DNA of 60,231 nucleotides, the filler included, from Sphacelaria rigidula (taxonomy: Eukaryota), in assembly GCA_964200075.2 (NCBI GenBank). It is 9 parts of 9 records of this genome, joined end to end, with 100 filler letters (N's around TTAATTAATTAA, not from the genome) between each part and the next. Parts side by side here need not be neighbours in the genome. Positions count along the whole stretch, not along the records: positions 6,705 to 13,308 come from CAXNAA020019111.1; positions 13,409 to 20,012 come from CAXNAA020019112.1; positions 20,113 to 26,716 come from CAXNAA020019113.1; 6 more parts are not named here. One strand, 5' to 3'. Position 1 is the first letter of the stretch. The number at the start of each line of letters is the position of its first letter. The notes beneath the pieces are model-generated. The model saw only the letters and a list, made by a program, of their open reading frames with translations. It did no database searches and was not told where the DNA came from. The position numbers were made by a program, and so were the translations under genes. This document shows, piece after piece, positions 11,384-24,833 of this stretch.

Positions 11384-14300
11384 TATATATATATATATAT
11401 ATATATATTTCTTGATCGTTGCTTCTTGACTGATCTCCCAGGGATCCAGCCGTAGTCACATGGTTGACGTACATGACTGAGATAAAAGATAACCAAATGC
11501 ACCCGCTGAAGAAAATTGGAGAAGGAGAAGAGATACAACAGAGTAGACTGAGAAAAACATAATGGAAGAAAGCAGCTTTTATTTGGCTTTATTGTTCAAA
11601 TTATCCGGTTCCATCGTTGAAGGCGTTGAAGACGTCATGAGCAAAAAACCTTTTTTTTTTTCAAGTTTTGGTTGTTACGAGCATCGAGGCGGTGCGGGAA
11701 TGCTGATAGTCATGATCCAATCCGCGCTACCAAAATGTAAGAAGGCGTGTACCGTACCGGCGGATTTATGATGGGTTGATTAGTCCTTTTGAAAGCACGG
11801 ACTCGTCCCGAGGAAGAAGGGTCGAAAGTATTACTACAGAAACATGAGATATAAAACCATCAATATGTCATCTTCCACGACGGAGGGCTTGCTAGCTGTC
11901 TGCTCCATAGGAAGGGACTCATTTCCTCCGAGACTATCAACTTGTTGGTGCTCCGCACTATCACACTGCATGCACGAACCGAGACTATTGGGACTGGGGC
12001 ACTTACACAGCGCGTGCCCGCGGCTCTGTTTATTTTTATTTTTCATGTATACACGCGTTTTATTCGCGTTTCCTTTTTGTGCGTGTGTGTGTGTGTTATA
12101 TCTATTGCGCAGACGTGTCGGAGATCTCCAAAAACTTGTCATCTCAGGCGGAGCAGTTCAAGTGGAGCTCCAAAAAACTGTCCCTCATGGTGAGTGAATA
12201 ATTTGTGTGGAGACATGAACGGTCCATCTTGTTGAACAAGAAAAATAAGGGGAATGAGAATATCCATCATCGAAACATTCCTCTCATCATTGCGCCGCTG
12301 TACGTTGAGCAGTTTATGAAGACCTGTGGCACATGATGCCATGCAGTCCAACAAGGTTTCTGCGAATCATTAGTCGAAGGCGACTGCAGGGTATTGACCC
12401 ATCGCGATTCCGTAAAATCGCGTATAGACTTTCGCTTGATTTCGAATTATACATCCAACGAGTACGAGCTGGGCCAGCTTAAAAGCTGCTAAAACTTGCT
12501 CACACCACAGCTTCCCCAGTTTCCCGAATGAACCCGATGTAAGCATATCACTGTAAAGTGTAGACCAACCTTGTGACACACGGCACCGCCGCTGAATGAA
12601 GAAAAAATGAAAAAATATGTACTGCATCATGTACAACTTCAACGACGGACGAAAAAAAAAGAGAATCTGTCGGGATTCGAACTCATGACCTCCATGATTA
12701 GAGTCTCCCATCACTTGATTTACAGGGGTTCAGCAGCGTCACGGAAAATGTTGAACGCACGACCCAATTCGACGAATCTTGGGCTGAAATTTGAGGAAGA
12801 CTTTCTGCACCCAAGGAAGTGATACTTCACGTGTCCAGCTGCAGATTCTCCTTTTTTCCCTGGACTTCTGGCATTATCTTGTTTTTGCTGAAATTTCAAA
12901 TGCCCATAACTTTTCATTTTTCTATTTTTTTTGCTGACCTCGTGATCTTCTGCATTTTGATCATGAAAAGCTGCTGTCAAAATTTCAGCGTCCAACTCCT
13001 GATACCGCGACGTGTGTCGCCTGAGCGAGATTCACACCTACTCTTGGTTGGCCCAGCTCGTAGCTCCTTGGAATCTTGATCCTCCGGCCACCAGGGTTCA
13101 AACCAGGGTAACGCAGTGATTTTTCAGGTCAAAATGATGCCGATACCACACGCGACTATAAAGCTCACTCATTCAGAAGCGAGACTCTCAATCTCACGAA
13201 AACCTTGTTCCTTGTTTTGTATTTTGTGCGGTTAGTTGCTTCCTCCAAACCCCCCCCTCCCACCCTCCCCCGAATAACACTTAGCGTCCAACACCAACCG
13301 CCACCACCNNNNNNNNNNNNNNNNNNNNNNNNNNNNNNNNNNNNNNNNNNNNTTAATTAATTAANNNNNNNNNNNNNNNNNNNNNNNNNNNNNNNNNNNN
13401 NNNNNNNNGATGGCGCGCAAAGCAGAGAGGGAGAAAGGGAGGGGGGGGTGGGGGGGGGGGGGGAACACGGTACACTGAAGACGAAAAGAGGAGAACAAGG
13501 GAAAACATGGGAGGATGAACAACAACAGAATTAGAGGCCAAAGCCTAGTGCCGGTCTCAGGGAGAGCAAAAGAAAAAAAAAACGGACAGGCCCTCTCTGG
13601 CACGGCTCCCGGTAAGGAGGCCGCAAGAGCTGGGCCAACTAAGAAAACAACATCCCTTTGGCACGTGGTAACTTTTCCAGTTTCCCGAATCAGCCTGATG
13701 GGAGCATACCGCTGTGAACTGCACATCAACCTGCCGATGACGCGCTCTACTGCTGTTCGATTGGCGCCGTTTTGGCGACGATGTTATGGACTCTTTTGGG
13801 CGTTCCAAACGCCTCTCCTTCACGCCGTGGTCTTCCTATTTTTGCTTGTATTCGCACAGGTCATTTTTTCGGTATTCGGGATCACAAATCCACTGCTACA
13901 CCAACATGAAATGCGTCGCCCGATGTGAAGAATTTCAAACCCAACTTTCACCTGGAACTTCCAAACGTTCGCCTCCCAACCTTTGCATTGGACATTTCAA
14001 AGCCTGATTATTCTTCTCGTTGTGTTATGGGGAGTCCCAAATCTTGTCAGATTTTGAATTGGCTCCAGAATATTTTATCTTCCACTTTCTCTAAAAGTTC
14101 AGTCACGGCCGGCGTATTGATCGTGTAAACCTTACGTCAATGATCAGCATCCAAAATATTAGGAGCAGGCCCTGCTAAACTGGTCTGCTCAACTGGTCAA
14201 GCAAAAAAGTCGCCGTTGCCCGGCCCATCTGAAAGTTCTTGTGATTCATGGGGTTGATCAGTACCCCGGATCGCAATTGCGCCGTTGTACACAAAGTGGA

Positions 14301-16311
14301 ATGCTCTGGCCATTTGTAGGAGTTCCTATAATAGCCAAAATTTACAAGGACATTCTACAAACAGATTAAAATTCTTAACGGAAGCAACTGGATTTCCTTA
14401 CTTCGGCCATCGAATTATGATATTTCAACTTTCTTGTTTTCCTGGCAACTTTCGCCTCTTCCCGCGTGTTGATGGTAAGAATCTCGTGCCAATATTTCAT
14501 ATATCAGCTCCTAAAAATAACCAGGGCGAAACTCTTCAAGCTTCACCAGGGATTTTCGGCTGGCCCTCTGGATCTTCAGAGAAATAAAACGACGTGGGCC
14601 GATCCTTGTCCTTCGGCCATTCCTCATGGGGATGCGAAAACATTCAGGGAATACGTGAATTTTGGAACATTTTTTTTTCCGATTTCCAACCTTTACCCAA
14701 ATAACTGTCGATATTTCACCCGAGTTTTGGACACATGGACTACGTTGTTTAAAAATACCTTCATGTGGAAAATGCCGTACCTAATACACCCATGGGGTAT
14801 TTGACGACCGATTTTGACGATTGACTAGTAGGGTGGTCATGCGCAGCCAATCAGGTACGGAGTCCGCCCAGTTGGTGCTATGAGCTCACGTCTGCGTGTT
14901 TACCCTCTTGCGAATCTGAACTCTTCATGTTGGCTTCCGATATTCGTCAAAGTTTCTTCTAGAGTGCAAATTACGAGACGCAACTGAAAAAACGGCGAAG
15001 GTTTCAATCCGTGACTCATCGTCACGTAAATTTAGGGGCCAAAACTCACGATGCATGTAATTTTGCACGCAGGGCGACAATATCGCCGCGCGCTTTGCTC
15101 AATTTTCCGCGACGAGACCTCAAGTTTTGACACGTGCTTTGCACGGCATCAACCAACACAATCGGAGGAACTGCCGTCCTTCTTGTTTCTTCTCGCCGAG
15201 ATATGACCAAGTCAATTTTTGTAGATCGTGCGGAGATGATCGCATCTCGGCCAGGAAACAAAAAAAGCCGGGGTTGCTCGCGTGTTGCTGAGTACCTTGT
15301 AAATCAGGTTACAAAGAAGAATCAAGTTCCGACGCGAAATAATTGAATCGAGCGCAGCGATATTTGCGAGCTTCCCGAATCTTAGCCGGCGCAACGGCAC
15401 GAATTCTGTTGGTGCGGTAGACAGATGTTGCAAACAGAGTTTACCTGTCTCGGTAATAAGACACGGCACTTGAACGGCAAATTTTCTTCATGCGGACCTC
15501 AACCTCCCTGAACGAAAAATTGACATAAGAGGGCTGGAATCATCCCAGAAAAAAGAGCGAGTCGTTTTACAAGTGACCAGAGAAGCCAGCTACAGCCCTC
15601 GTGTCCGGTGAACATGAAACATGAAAGTGAACGACTGAAACAGACATTTTCCCCGGCATTCGCTATCGAAAACCACACGAAGTGACCTCACCGGTCGGCC
15701 CTCACGACCATGTTGCCCGTTCGGCGGTGAAGAGTAATAGAACCAGGCTCGATACGCCCCACACCCACGTGAAGAAGGACCGCCACTCCTCCAGTCTGTA
15801 CATCGTTCGTAGCCGTCACACGAACGATCGGCGGCGGGGCAAATTGGAAAACAAGCGTTCAAGAAGTTGGGAAGTCTGGGGATATCGAGAACACGCAACG
15901 ACTTTCCCGTGCCGTGCGCGCAGTACAGTAAAGCGTTACCAGAACACCTCGCTGGCAAACCGTGCCAAATGGAACAAGAAAATAGGGACGCCTCGCCAGG
16001 GTGAGGGAGTTATAAAATCAATGCAAAATCACACGAATGCTCGGTGCCTCATCAGGAAATCCCCGAGTACAGTTGAGAGAGAAATGACCACCGGTATGTG
16101 GCGAGTCGGGCGAGCATGTGCCGTGTCCCTTGATGACCATGTTCCTTTCAAGGTCGATGAAGGGGTGCGGATCACATTTCCCCAGCAGCAGTGTTTATGA
16201 TGTCTCAGCCAGGTTCACTACAAATATGAGGTTACGGAAATGCTTGTAGAAGGAAACGGAGTGATGGGTAATGAGCAATCTAAGGACAAGATTGCCCAAT
16301 ATTTGGTTCAA

Positions 16312-16670
16312 CCCTTCGACCGCGAGATTGGTCTTTCTGGATCATGCATACTGCCTTTCATTTGAAATTGATGCCGATTCAACAGAATACTAGTTTGTCG
16401 TTATTTGTTGTTACTGCTGTTGTTCTTTGTTGTTGTTGTTGGTGGTGGTGGTGGTGGTATTTTTTGTTGTTATCGCTGCCCCCTTTTTTTCCTTCTTGAG
16501 GCCGTTGCTTCTGTCGTTTTTTCTGTTCCCTTCTTTATTTTTTTATTCATCTCTTTTTATTATTATGTTATATTTTTGCTGCTCCTGACCACGGGCTGGA
16601 TTGTTGCAATCAGCTAATGTGAGATAATCAATCAATCAATCGACAGAAGACTAACCTCGCGGTCTAAGGG
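16312..16670. mobile_element. TTAA-type MITE interrupted by a (TCAA)n-tailed retroposon (16393-16640)
   Basis: CCCTTCGACCGCGAG...CTCGCGGTCTAAGGG-TTAA termini. The insert is flanked by CAACAGAATACTA / CGACAGAAGACTA (13-bp TSD, 2 mismatches). Confidence 0.7.
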
Positions 16671-16944
16671 TTAACTTTGAATATCAAATGTGACGCAACG
16701 CAAATCCAAACCAGACCGTAACATGCACACTTGTGCATATGTTCATTGCTGCTATTAATACTTCACTCCCTACTACACGTCTCTTCTGATTTCCTCTGAA
16801 ATCGTGCCAAACGCAACGCCCAGAGCCTGTCCCTCCCGGTCCGACTACGGCATTAATGTTTAATTTACCCCGGTCGTGAATTCACGAAGTGAACCGGACA
16901 TACCCTACCCATGCAAAAACATACCATACGCCTGAACATACCTA

Positions 16945-16975
16945 GGGTGGGTGGGTGGGTGGGTGGGTGGGTGGG
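16945..16975 (+). repeat. (GGGT)n microsatellite, G-quadruplex-prone
   Basis: GGGTGGGTGGGT... about 8 units. Confidence 0.85.
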
Positions 16976-18964
16976 AAAACGAAAGGAAGATTTCAAGCTA
17001 AACTGCCGGTCCGTCTTTCCCGGTTGCCCCAAGTTTTAATCTCGACCTGTGACCTATTTGTTACATCGACCATTCCCCCATCCTCCTCACGTTAGCTCTG
17101 ACTATTCACATTCGTACCCGTTCCACAAACCGCAGATCCCGCTACGCTCCGACCTTTCACATATATATATATATATCTTCAAGATATTTTCTAGGATCGT
17201 TCTTTTCTCCAGAATTTCCACCTATAATTGACTACTATTTACCATAACCACGATGGACTCCCCCGTGCACCCGCCCCCGTCGTAGGTGGTCGCGACGCCA
17301 TGGCGGTGGGGATAGCGCTCGCCATTCCGCCAGAAACTCAAGGGTGCCAAAGGGCAATCTAGGTCCGCTCACCAAGCGCTACGGTGTTGGTTTTGATTAT
17401 CTCACACAAAGGTCGGAGTCGGCGGCCGTCACTTTTACTCCGACAAAAACCGTGGCGCTGCGAACGGCCAACACGCAGAATTAGATATTTTAGTTCACGA
17501 TACCCCGCCCCGGCCTCGGAATAAGGGTGAAATACGGTCAATTTCGGGCCGATTTATTTTTTTCGATCGTTTGCACACTCGGGGCAGTGCGTGAAAAAAT
17601 ATATGTCTTCACCCCCCAAAAACTGATGATCAAAAACACTATCGCTCAGCCTGTCGGACAGGTTAAGGGCCCGTGTGAACGTGGAAGATGCAAGGGACCT
17701 CACGCATGGGACACAGCACGTTCATGTGAGGAAACGCTTGAGAAATGACGTGCACCGAACCACTCTTACTTTGATTTGCTGTAAAACGAGCTATGATGAA
17801 CAGCAATCACCAGGGTAGAGATGGCTTGACCCCCCTGAGACTAGGGACTCGTCCCGAGGAAGGGGAGAAGTTAGTTTTGCTGAGAAGGGAAAATACATGG
17901 GCAGTCGATCATTTATGTTGAGGCTTGAAATGCTGCAACGACAACAGCGACGAGGAATGGTGCTGCAGAGGAACAGAATGAGGCTAGTGTACTGCACCGA
18001 CAGGGAAACCGCCGACAGCAACCGGTATGTAACTCTGTACCGTAGCGCTGGTATCTCCTTGGAGGTCCAAGGGCTAAAAAGTATTCGAGGAGAAAGAAAT
18101 AGCACCAGGGCCCCGTTTCAACGAGACAAGAAAAAATGAGGATGGAATAATGACTTCGAGAAGAATTGTCACAGTTGTTTCTATTCATTCTGGCTGATGG
18201 AGGGCTGACGCTTGTGTCTGAACAGCTCATCAGAGAAGACTCTCAAATCCGTTGGTCCAAAAACAAAAAATACGTGACCGCGGAGTCAGAGAAGCGAGAG
18301 CGCCCCCTTTGCGCTACTCGATGTGCTCGGCGTCCGGCGCTGTAAGGAGCAAACATGGAACAGGGGGGTCAGATGATCCGTGTCATGATCCGGATCAGTA
18401 TACTAACAATGAGTAATTTTCAGACGGATCATGATCTGTTCGACGTGTGAAAATTGTGGATTATGGTTTCAAACCATTATGTACCGTGACCGGCTTTGTA
18501 TGTCGTTACCGGCCACATATGCTACATTCAGCGCAGTTACAATAGACAGTACACAACATGCATTACATTGGTCTTGCCTTTTCTTGTTTTGTTACCACGG
18601 CTGAGTGCGCAGCGAATCAGCGAATAAATGTTACAAAACCAATAAATCAATTAACTGTGTGCATCTCATGTATCTGCGCTTGTGTCACCGTCTTCCCACA
18701 CCAACTCAGCAATCGCTGACCAATGGCCTTCTTACTGAAATTTTTCCCGCTGTCGAGCCGAGGTGGTGCACAGCACACTCATGGTGCTCTGCCACGTTGC
18801 CTGTCTCAAGCTCGCGGTCAGTCTTCACCATCGATGGCTTGCACTTCAGTTCTATTTTTCTTCTTTTGAAAAAAGAACAGAAAAGACGGTCCTATTTTTT
18901 TCATGAAAAATTATAATAGGCTACTTTCCTTTTAACCGAACTTCCAAGTCAAGTGCGCTTTGGT

Positions 18965-19325
18965 TTCGTGTGTTGTCGTACCATCTATTCTGAACGTCAG
19001 TCTATACCTTTCGGTAAATGTGGGCGCACCAGCCGGGGTCATAGAGGAGGAAGGCCAACACAGGAGCCCTTGTTTTCTATTTGCTTTAGGTCTCCACCTT
19101 CCTTTTGCGGTGCTTGCCTTCATTTTTCATCGCGATAAGGGTTCAGTGGTCCGTCTCCCTCGTCGACCGTTGAGTCGAATCTTGTGTACCCACAACATAA
19201 TCGCTCTCCACCGTTGGGCATTGTGTGAGGAAAATCTCAGATCGTGTGACTGCACCAAGATTCAAAGCCAAGACACAACCGTCAGAGGGTTTCGAGGTTA
19301 CCAACTGAGCCACCGGGGACCGGGT
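18965..19325 (-). mobile_element. tRNA-derived SINE copy
   Basis: Colinear with 1505-1868. Head CCCCGGTGGCTCAGTTGGTAACCTCGAAACC. Confidence 0.8.
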
Positions 19326-20112
19326 TTTGCCCTTGAAAAATGGTCCAATTTTCACGTATACCTTTAGCTCTAGTGAAGCCAGATCGCATTAAAACATGCC
19401 TCCGGCACAGCGCCTCCAGCGGGGCCCCCTCTGCCGAAGGGGCTTTTTGGCTCGCGGCTGCGATACTCGATGACCAAACCATTACGTACCATTCAACTTG
19501 TTAATCGTTGCAACACGCGCAACCATTTAAATGGTTAATGGCCAGACAAACCATTTCCGAGCTCTACTGATGCTCCGTTCTCAACGCCCTCGAAATCATT
19601 CTCAAACTAATGACTAAAAAAAGGTTACTTTGTATTGGAAACGGAGGAACAAGCCGACGAGAGTGCGCAAAAAGATCGTAGCATGGTTGCCACGCGTGGG
19701 CTGTTTGACTCATCCATCACACGTAAGACCAAACCCCAGGTGCACCAGATAAGAGACACGCACAGCTACATCCCCCAGCACTCCGCAGAGTAAGCAACCA
19801 TGAACCAACGCATCGGCGGGTTGTTAGTGCAAAGATTCCAAGGATCGGACAAATAATGATTCGTCTGGAATTTGCTTGGTTCTAGTATGATGAGTCGACT
19901 CGTGAAGAATCAATCTCTAGGCTTTATTTCAGCGTTGCAACCCAGGTACAAGCAGTCCAGACACGTGGAATACCGCAAACGTTGCGTGAGTACCCCTTGG
20001 ATCAGCGATCAANNNNNNNNNNNNNNNNNNNNNNNNNNNNNNNNNNNNNNNNNNNNTTAATTAATTAANNNNNNNNNNNNNNNNNNNNNNNNNNNNNNNN
20101 NNNNNNNNNNNN

Positions 20113-23100
20113 TGGCCGCGCTGCCTTCCACCTCTGGTCCGGCTGCTGTAGTGATCAGCTCCGTCATTCCGCACTTATCCTCCGCCATTCCATACAGTAC
20201 AGTTTTCACTTGAGCCCTCGCTTGAACCCTCGCCATCGCGCAGGAAAAAAAGTCGTTTTTTGCCCATGCCAGCGTTTTCTCCAGCTCCTCTGCCGCCGAC
20301 GCTAGCTCGTTCCGGTCGGCTGCAACTCTCGTCGCACTGCGCGTGCGGCCTGCCATTTATGGAGGCAGAGAGCAGAAAACTCATCGTCGAGTGCAAGATG
20401 GCGTAGCTTCGTCCTTGGGATTTCGGGAGCTCCACCGCCCCCCCCGTCGTTGCGCTCGGGGGTGTCTACGGTTGTCGGTGTTGTCGCTGTCGGCGTTGTT
20501 GGCGGCGTTGCTGCTGTCGGCGTTGTCGGCGGCGATGTCGCTGTCGGCGGCGCGTCATCAATGAGATGTCGGACAGGATTGCGAAAAAATCCGCGCCCTC
20601 CCCCGCCTCTGCAAGGAGGCTGCGAGATCATCTCACCCCCCTCGCCAGTAGCGGGGGTCTGTTGTGCCGCGTCTGCGTCCAGCTCCGAGTTGGGGAGCAA
20701 AAACGACACGTGACGTGAACCGCGGGGCAAAGCACGCGCCACCGGGGTTTGCTGCTCCGCGGACTCGCTGCCGACCGGCCCTCCTTCGATCTTGTCATCC
20801 CTCTCTCCGTCGGGCGTCGGGATCGCTTGCTGTGGGTTGATCTTGGGATGGGCTGCCGCAGTCCTTTTCCTTCCGAGCATCCTCGGCACGGTCTCAACTC
20901 GCCGCGCAGCTCCACTCCGAGCTGTCTTGTAGTCCACCGGAGCAGGTTCTCGTGAACATGCGCGTGTTTGCAATGGAAATCGTTGATACCTTCAACTTGG
21001 GGGTTTGGTAGTTTCCCCGGAGCAATCATAGCGCATGCCGGCGCATGCTTGTCATGACCGTTTGGATAGAAGCGTTGGGCGTACATTATCAGTTGTCTGT
21101 GCTGACCGGGGATTTTCAGGAGATTACCTGACTTCAACTCAACCCGGAAGCCATTACTAGACCCAATGTAGGTGTGACCCGCTTTAGACATCCTGGTCAA
21201 TCAATGACAACAGATGGTGACGGACGCAAGGTACGTGGTCTACATTATTCAGATGCAAGACTGCATCACGTCCGTCAGATCGCAAAGATAGAGTCAATTT
21301 TCCTCTTCCCACGATCGGATAGATACCACCGCCCGCACACCGTAGTACTTTACCACTGTATTTTCTACAATCCGGCATCTTACTCGAACCAGGAGAAAAG
21401 TGCGAAGTGGCCCCTGTATCAAGTACCCACGGTTCGCCCCCATCTGACTGCTCTACATCCCCCTTCCCAGTTTCAAACGCATACTCGCCTGTGTTTACCT
21501 CATCTACCGTCATGTCGATGCTGGTGAAAGCTTCTGTATCAGCATCCGAACTCACGGAGTCGTCGTCCACCAGGTCTTCCACCACGCCCATCACAATCGC
21601 CGCATCCTCCACAGTGCTCTGACAGTCAATCAAATGGCGTCCCCTCTTCCCGCACCTAGCGCAACACCTGTCTAGACAGTCTCTCGCCCGATGTGTGGTC
21701 ATCTTCCGATAAACGTGGCACCTCCACGGCGCCGCAGCCCCCGACTGGCTCGTTGATGATGAAGCCGGCGACCGGCTGTTTTTGCCCTGCCCCCCATCAC
21801 CTGCGATGCCTGGGTTCTGGGTCTTTCCCGGTTTACCTTTCCGGTGTGAGCTGGTAGGTGTGCCGGGATGGCCCTTGACGGCAAGGGCCTGGTCGCCCGG
21901 GAGAGCCTTCTTCCCCTTGGGGAGGTCATGCTTGAAAAGTGCCGATTCGAGACGTTTTCGAACCGACGTCACGACGACTTCCCTCCTGAGCGGCCCCTCG
22001 CGCTCTTCCAACGCCTGTTTTCGGTAGTTATACTCGCAAGGAAGCGCATTGACAAATTTGAGGAGGGTTTGCGCTGCTGATATGAAAAGCCTTCTCAGTG
22101 TAGTCTACAGTACTGACAAGCCACGGTACAGAGGTACCGGTCTTCACGGGTTATGGCAGTTACATGCGGTGGGATTTGTTACCATAGTAGGCGTGTGCCT
22201 TGTACTCACGTACGCAATGTCTGGGAGCTTCGCTTACCACGGTGTTGGATAGCCACACGAGTTCACCTCGTTCTCTTCCTTCTTTTCCTTCCATGATCCG
22301 CTTAGTCAAGCTATGTAATACTACTCTTCTACAACAACATGATCGGCTCAGCCGTGTCCTTTGATCGACTTCAGCAGTCGTGTCTAGCTGTCCCTGTTTA
22401 CGGATCACGCATCAAGGAACATGCGCCTCCGTCAGGATGATGTTGGTGTCGTGTGGTTGTAACTCTCTCGCCACCTTTTCCATCTCGATTAGTTTTTAAA
22501 CGGGATCATCGCGAACTCTAATCTTCACGTGATCATATTTTTCTTTGAGAGCTAAGCTAGCCCCGTTGGTCTTGGGGCTGTAGAAATCGTTCAACTCACG
22601 CCACACAGCTGCAGGAGACGGGATTCGGAACAGAACATCCCGGTCCCGCTTACATTCGAGACTCGCCACCAACAATTGCCTCGCTCTCACGTTTGCAGCT
22701 ACAGTGCCCTTTCCGTTCCTTGCTTTAAGATAACTTAGGATAACGCCTTGTTTCCCACCTCCACATCGTATGCTCTATCTTCCGACATAGTAAACACCCA
22801 ATAAATTGCTTCGCTTCTGGCGAACATGATTAGTTCGTGACTGTAGTGGTTGAACTCTGAACTCTTCCCAGAGAACTTAGGTACAGTTGCCTTGAAAACT
22901 GGAACCCCAGAAACATTTTGGACACTTGGTCAATCGTGATCGAACGCTGCGATGGACTCACTCGCGGGGTTTGCACCGCTTGCTTCGTCGCTTGCTGTCC
23001 CGTTGTCGCTCCCGCTCGGAGCTCCCCGCTCGCCCTCGCGGCTACGAATTTGACCTCGAGGGGAGCTGTGGTTGGCTGAGTCAGCCTGGTGTTGTTGCGT

Positions 23101-23190
23101 TGCTTTTCTTCTTCGCTTTCGACGACGCCGCTCCACCGTTCGCCTCCGGACTCTCGATCTTCGATGCCATCTACTCTACCCTGTATTACC
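20113..23190 (-). mobile_element. Degenerate Ty1/Copia LTR retrotransposon internal region (gag, zinc knuckles, protease, GAG-pre-integrase)
   Basis: gag-like SPAAVWRELNDFYSPKT and LLKFVNALPCEY; decayed knuckles CHVYRKMTTHRARDC and CARCGKRGRHLIDC; protease WVLDTGATSH; NDFHCKHAHVHENLL...CRGCSEGK. Contains frameshifts and stops, and is cut by the contig end. Confidence 0.85.
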
Positions 23191-24389
23191 ATTTATGTAG
23201 ATTGTACATCTCTGACCATCTCGATCGGCGTGCTAAACTGACCACTGAACAGACGCATCATCTTTTCAATTTGATTCGTCAGACTGTCTAACCTTTCTTC
23301 TGAAGACGGAGCGTTGACATCGTTCCTAGCCGTACTTGCCCAATCGATTGATCACTAGTGTATCCCTTGGCTCAGGCACAGGGTGATAGTTTTAGATTTT
23401 TTATTGAAGAACACCCAAGTTCTACTGTAATTTGGGAGAGTGCTGATGAGATGGAGGGTAGCTGAAAGAGATAAGCTCTAGCGGCAGGCTGCTCCTGCCC
23501 CCTCAGCTGCACTGTACCACTTTTGCACGCACTGACTGTCGGTACTCGTACGTCACCCCGATCCCTGGTTCTACGGAGATCCAGCAGTACTAGGTATTCG
23601 AATCACCTGAACATGGACGACCGACTTGCGTACACGGTCATCATGGACAGTGCAGGTCGTACAAACCTGCGCGTTGTTCAAGTCGTTCTCACGTCGTTTT
23701 TTAAGCAGAGAGTACAGGTAACCCTACGTTGTCTGTACTGCGCGTTGTCCGCTTCTTTTTCGCATCCTACTATACGAAACACGCACACACGCGCACTTTG
23801 GCTTGCACAGTTGCTGGCAACGCGTGTATCGTAGCTGACGATATATAACATCCCACGATCCAAACGTACAGGCATGCACGTTGTAGCGATACGCAAAACA
23901 TATCGCGTACTCTGTAGTACGGCACCGCGCGGACGTCCCTGGACGGTATGGTGCTGTCTTGCACGGTGTGGTGCGGTCGAGTACAGCACCATACCGTGCT
24001 TGTAGTGATCCATATCCCCATCAAATTACAAAACGCGACCAAAATAATTCGTCTTTTGTTTGATCTAACTTGCTTTGATGTGCTGTTAGTGCACTAGGGA
24101 CCACAGGGTTTTTAAAGAAGAGGTACAGTGGGCTCCACACTTCAAAGCTACTCCCGTGCATGGAGAAAATTAGAGCCTTATCGCCGTTTTCGGCCAGCAT
24201 AACCACGTCACGTGTTAGGGCCGGATCGCCCTTCAACCGCGGATATCCAGACGTGCGGCCGGATGGACCCATGTCCACACCAAAATGAACGTGTTTCAAT
24301 GAGTATGGGGTTCTGGGACACGTAGTATAAAGGTTGAGGAGCAGAATACGATATAGTGCGGTTCCAGTTGCTGCATATGCCGTGAACAA

Positions 24390-24686
24390 CAATGTTTTCG
24401 TGAGATTGAAAGTAGAGGGTACGATTGAGAGTGAAAAGCGATCAATTAGTATATGAACCCTTTCAGTTCCGGAATACCCCTTCACGAGGTCCAACATGCT
24501 TCCCGTAGTTGCTTGCCACTGAGGCTCTTGATATCCCTTGGAAGGATATATATCGACGTGTAGCTGTGAGCACACGCCAGTAATAAAGGCAAAGAAAAGC
24601 ACACACGGAGTGAAAACTTGAAGTAAAAGCGAATGACCAAAGCCGCTCTCAATCAGTTGTCTACTCTCAATCTCACGAAACCGTTG
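24390..24686. mobile_element. MITE with about 27-bp TIRs (other copies or fragments at about 6260-6440, 13160-13207, 26096-26330, 33520-33587, 35075-35364, 35490-35580)
   Basis: CAATGTTTTCGTGAGATTGAAAGTAGA ... TCTACTCTCAATCTCACGAAACCGTTG. The interior is shared with 35130-35364 and, inverted, with 26096-26330. Confidence 0.75.
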
Positions 24687-24833
24687 CTAACGATGACTAC
24701 TAACAACAGCCACCTGGCAGCGATCGTTGTGAAAAACTGCGCCAAATCACCAACCTTGAATGGCGAGTCAAAGCACAGCCCACTCCCCGTATGTGAAGAC
24801 TTTTTTGTGCGAAGTATTAATTTATATTTTTTA

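Noticed and set aside
13045..13115. tRNA gene (also 12650-12715 on the minus strand)
   Set aside because: A/B-box-like words only, with no complete cloverleaf; probably SINE-head debris.
17286..17360. GRDAMAVGIALAI as the Na+/H+ exchanger GLRGA motif exon
   Set aside because: Poor match, weak donor, and on a different contig from the SOS1-like exons.
23196..23850. 5' LTR and PBS of the Copia element
   Set aside because: TG...CA and a TGGT are present, but no second LTR is available to confirm the boundaries.
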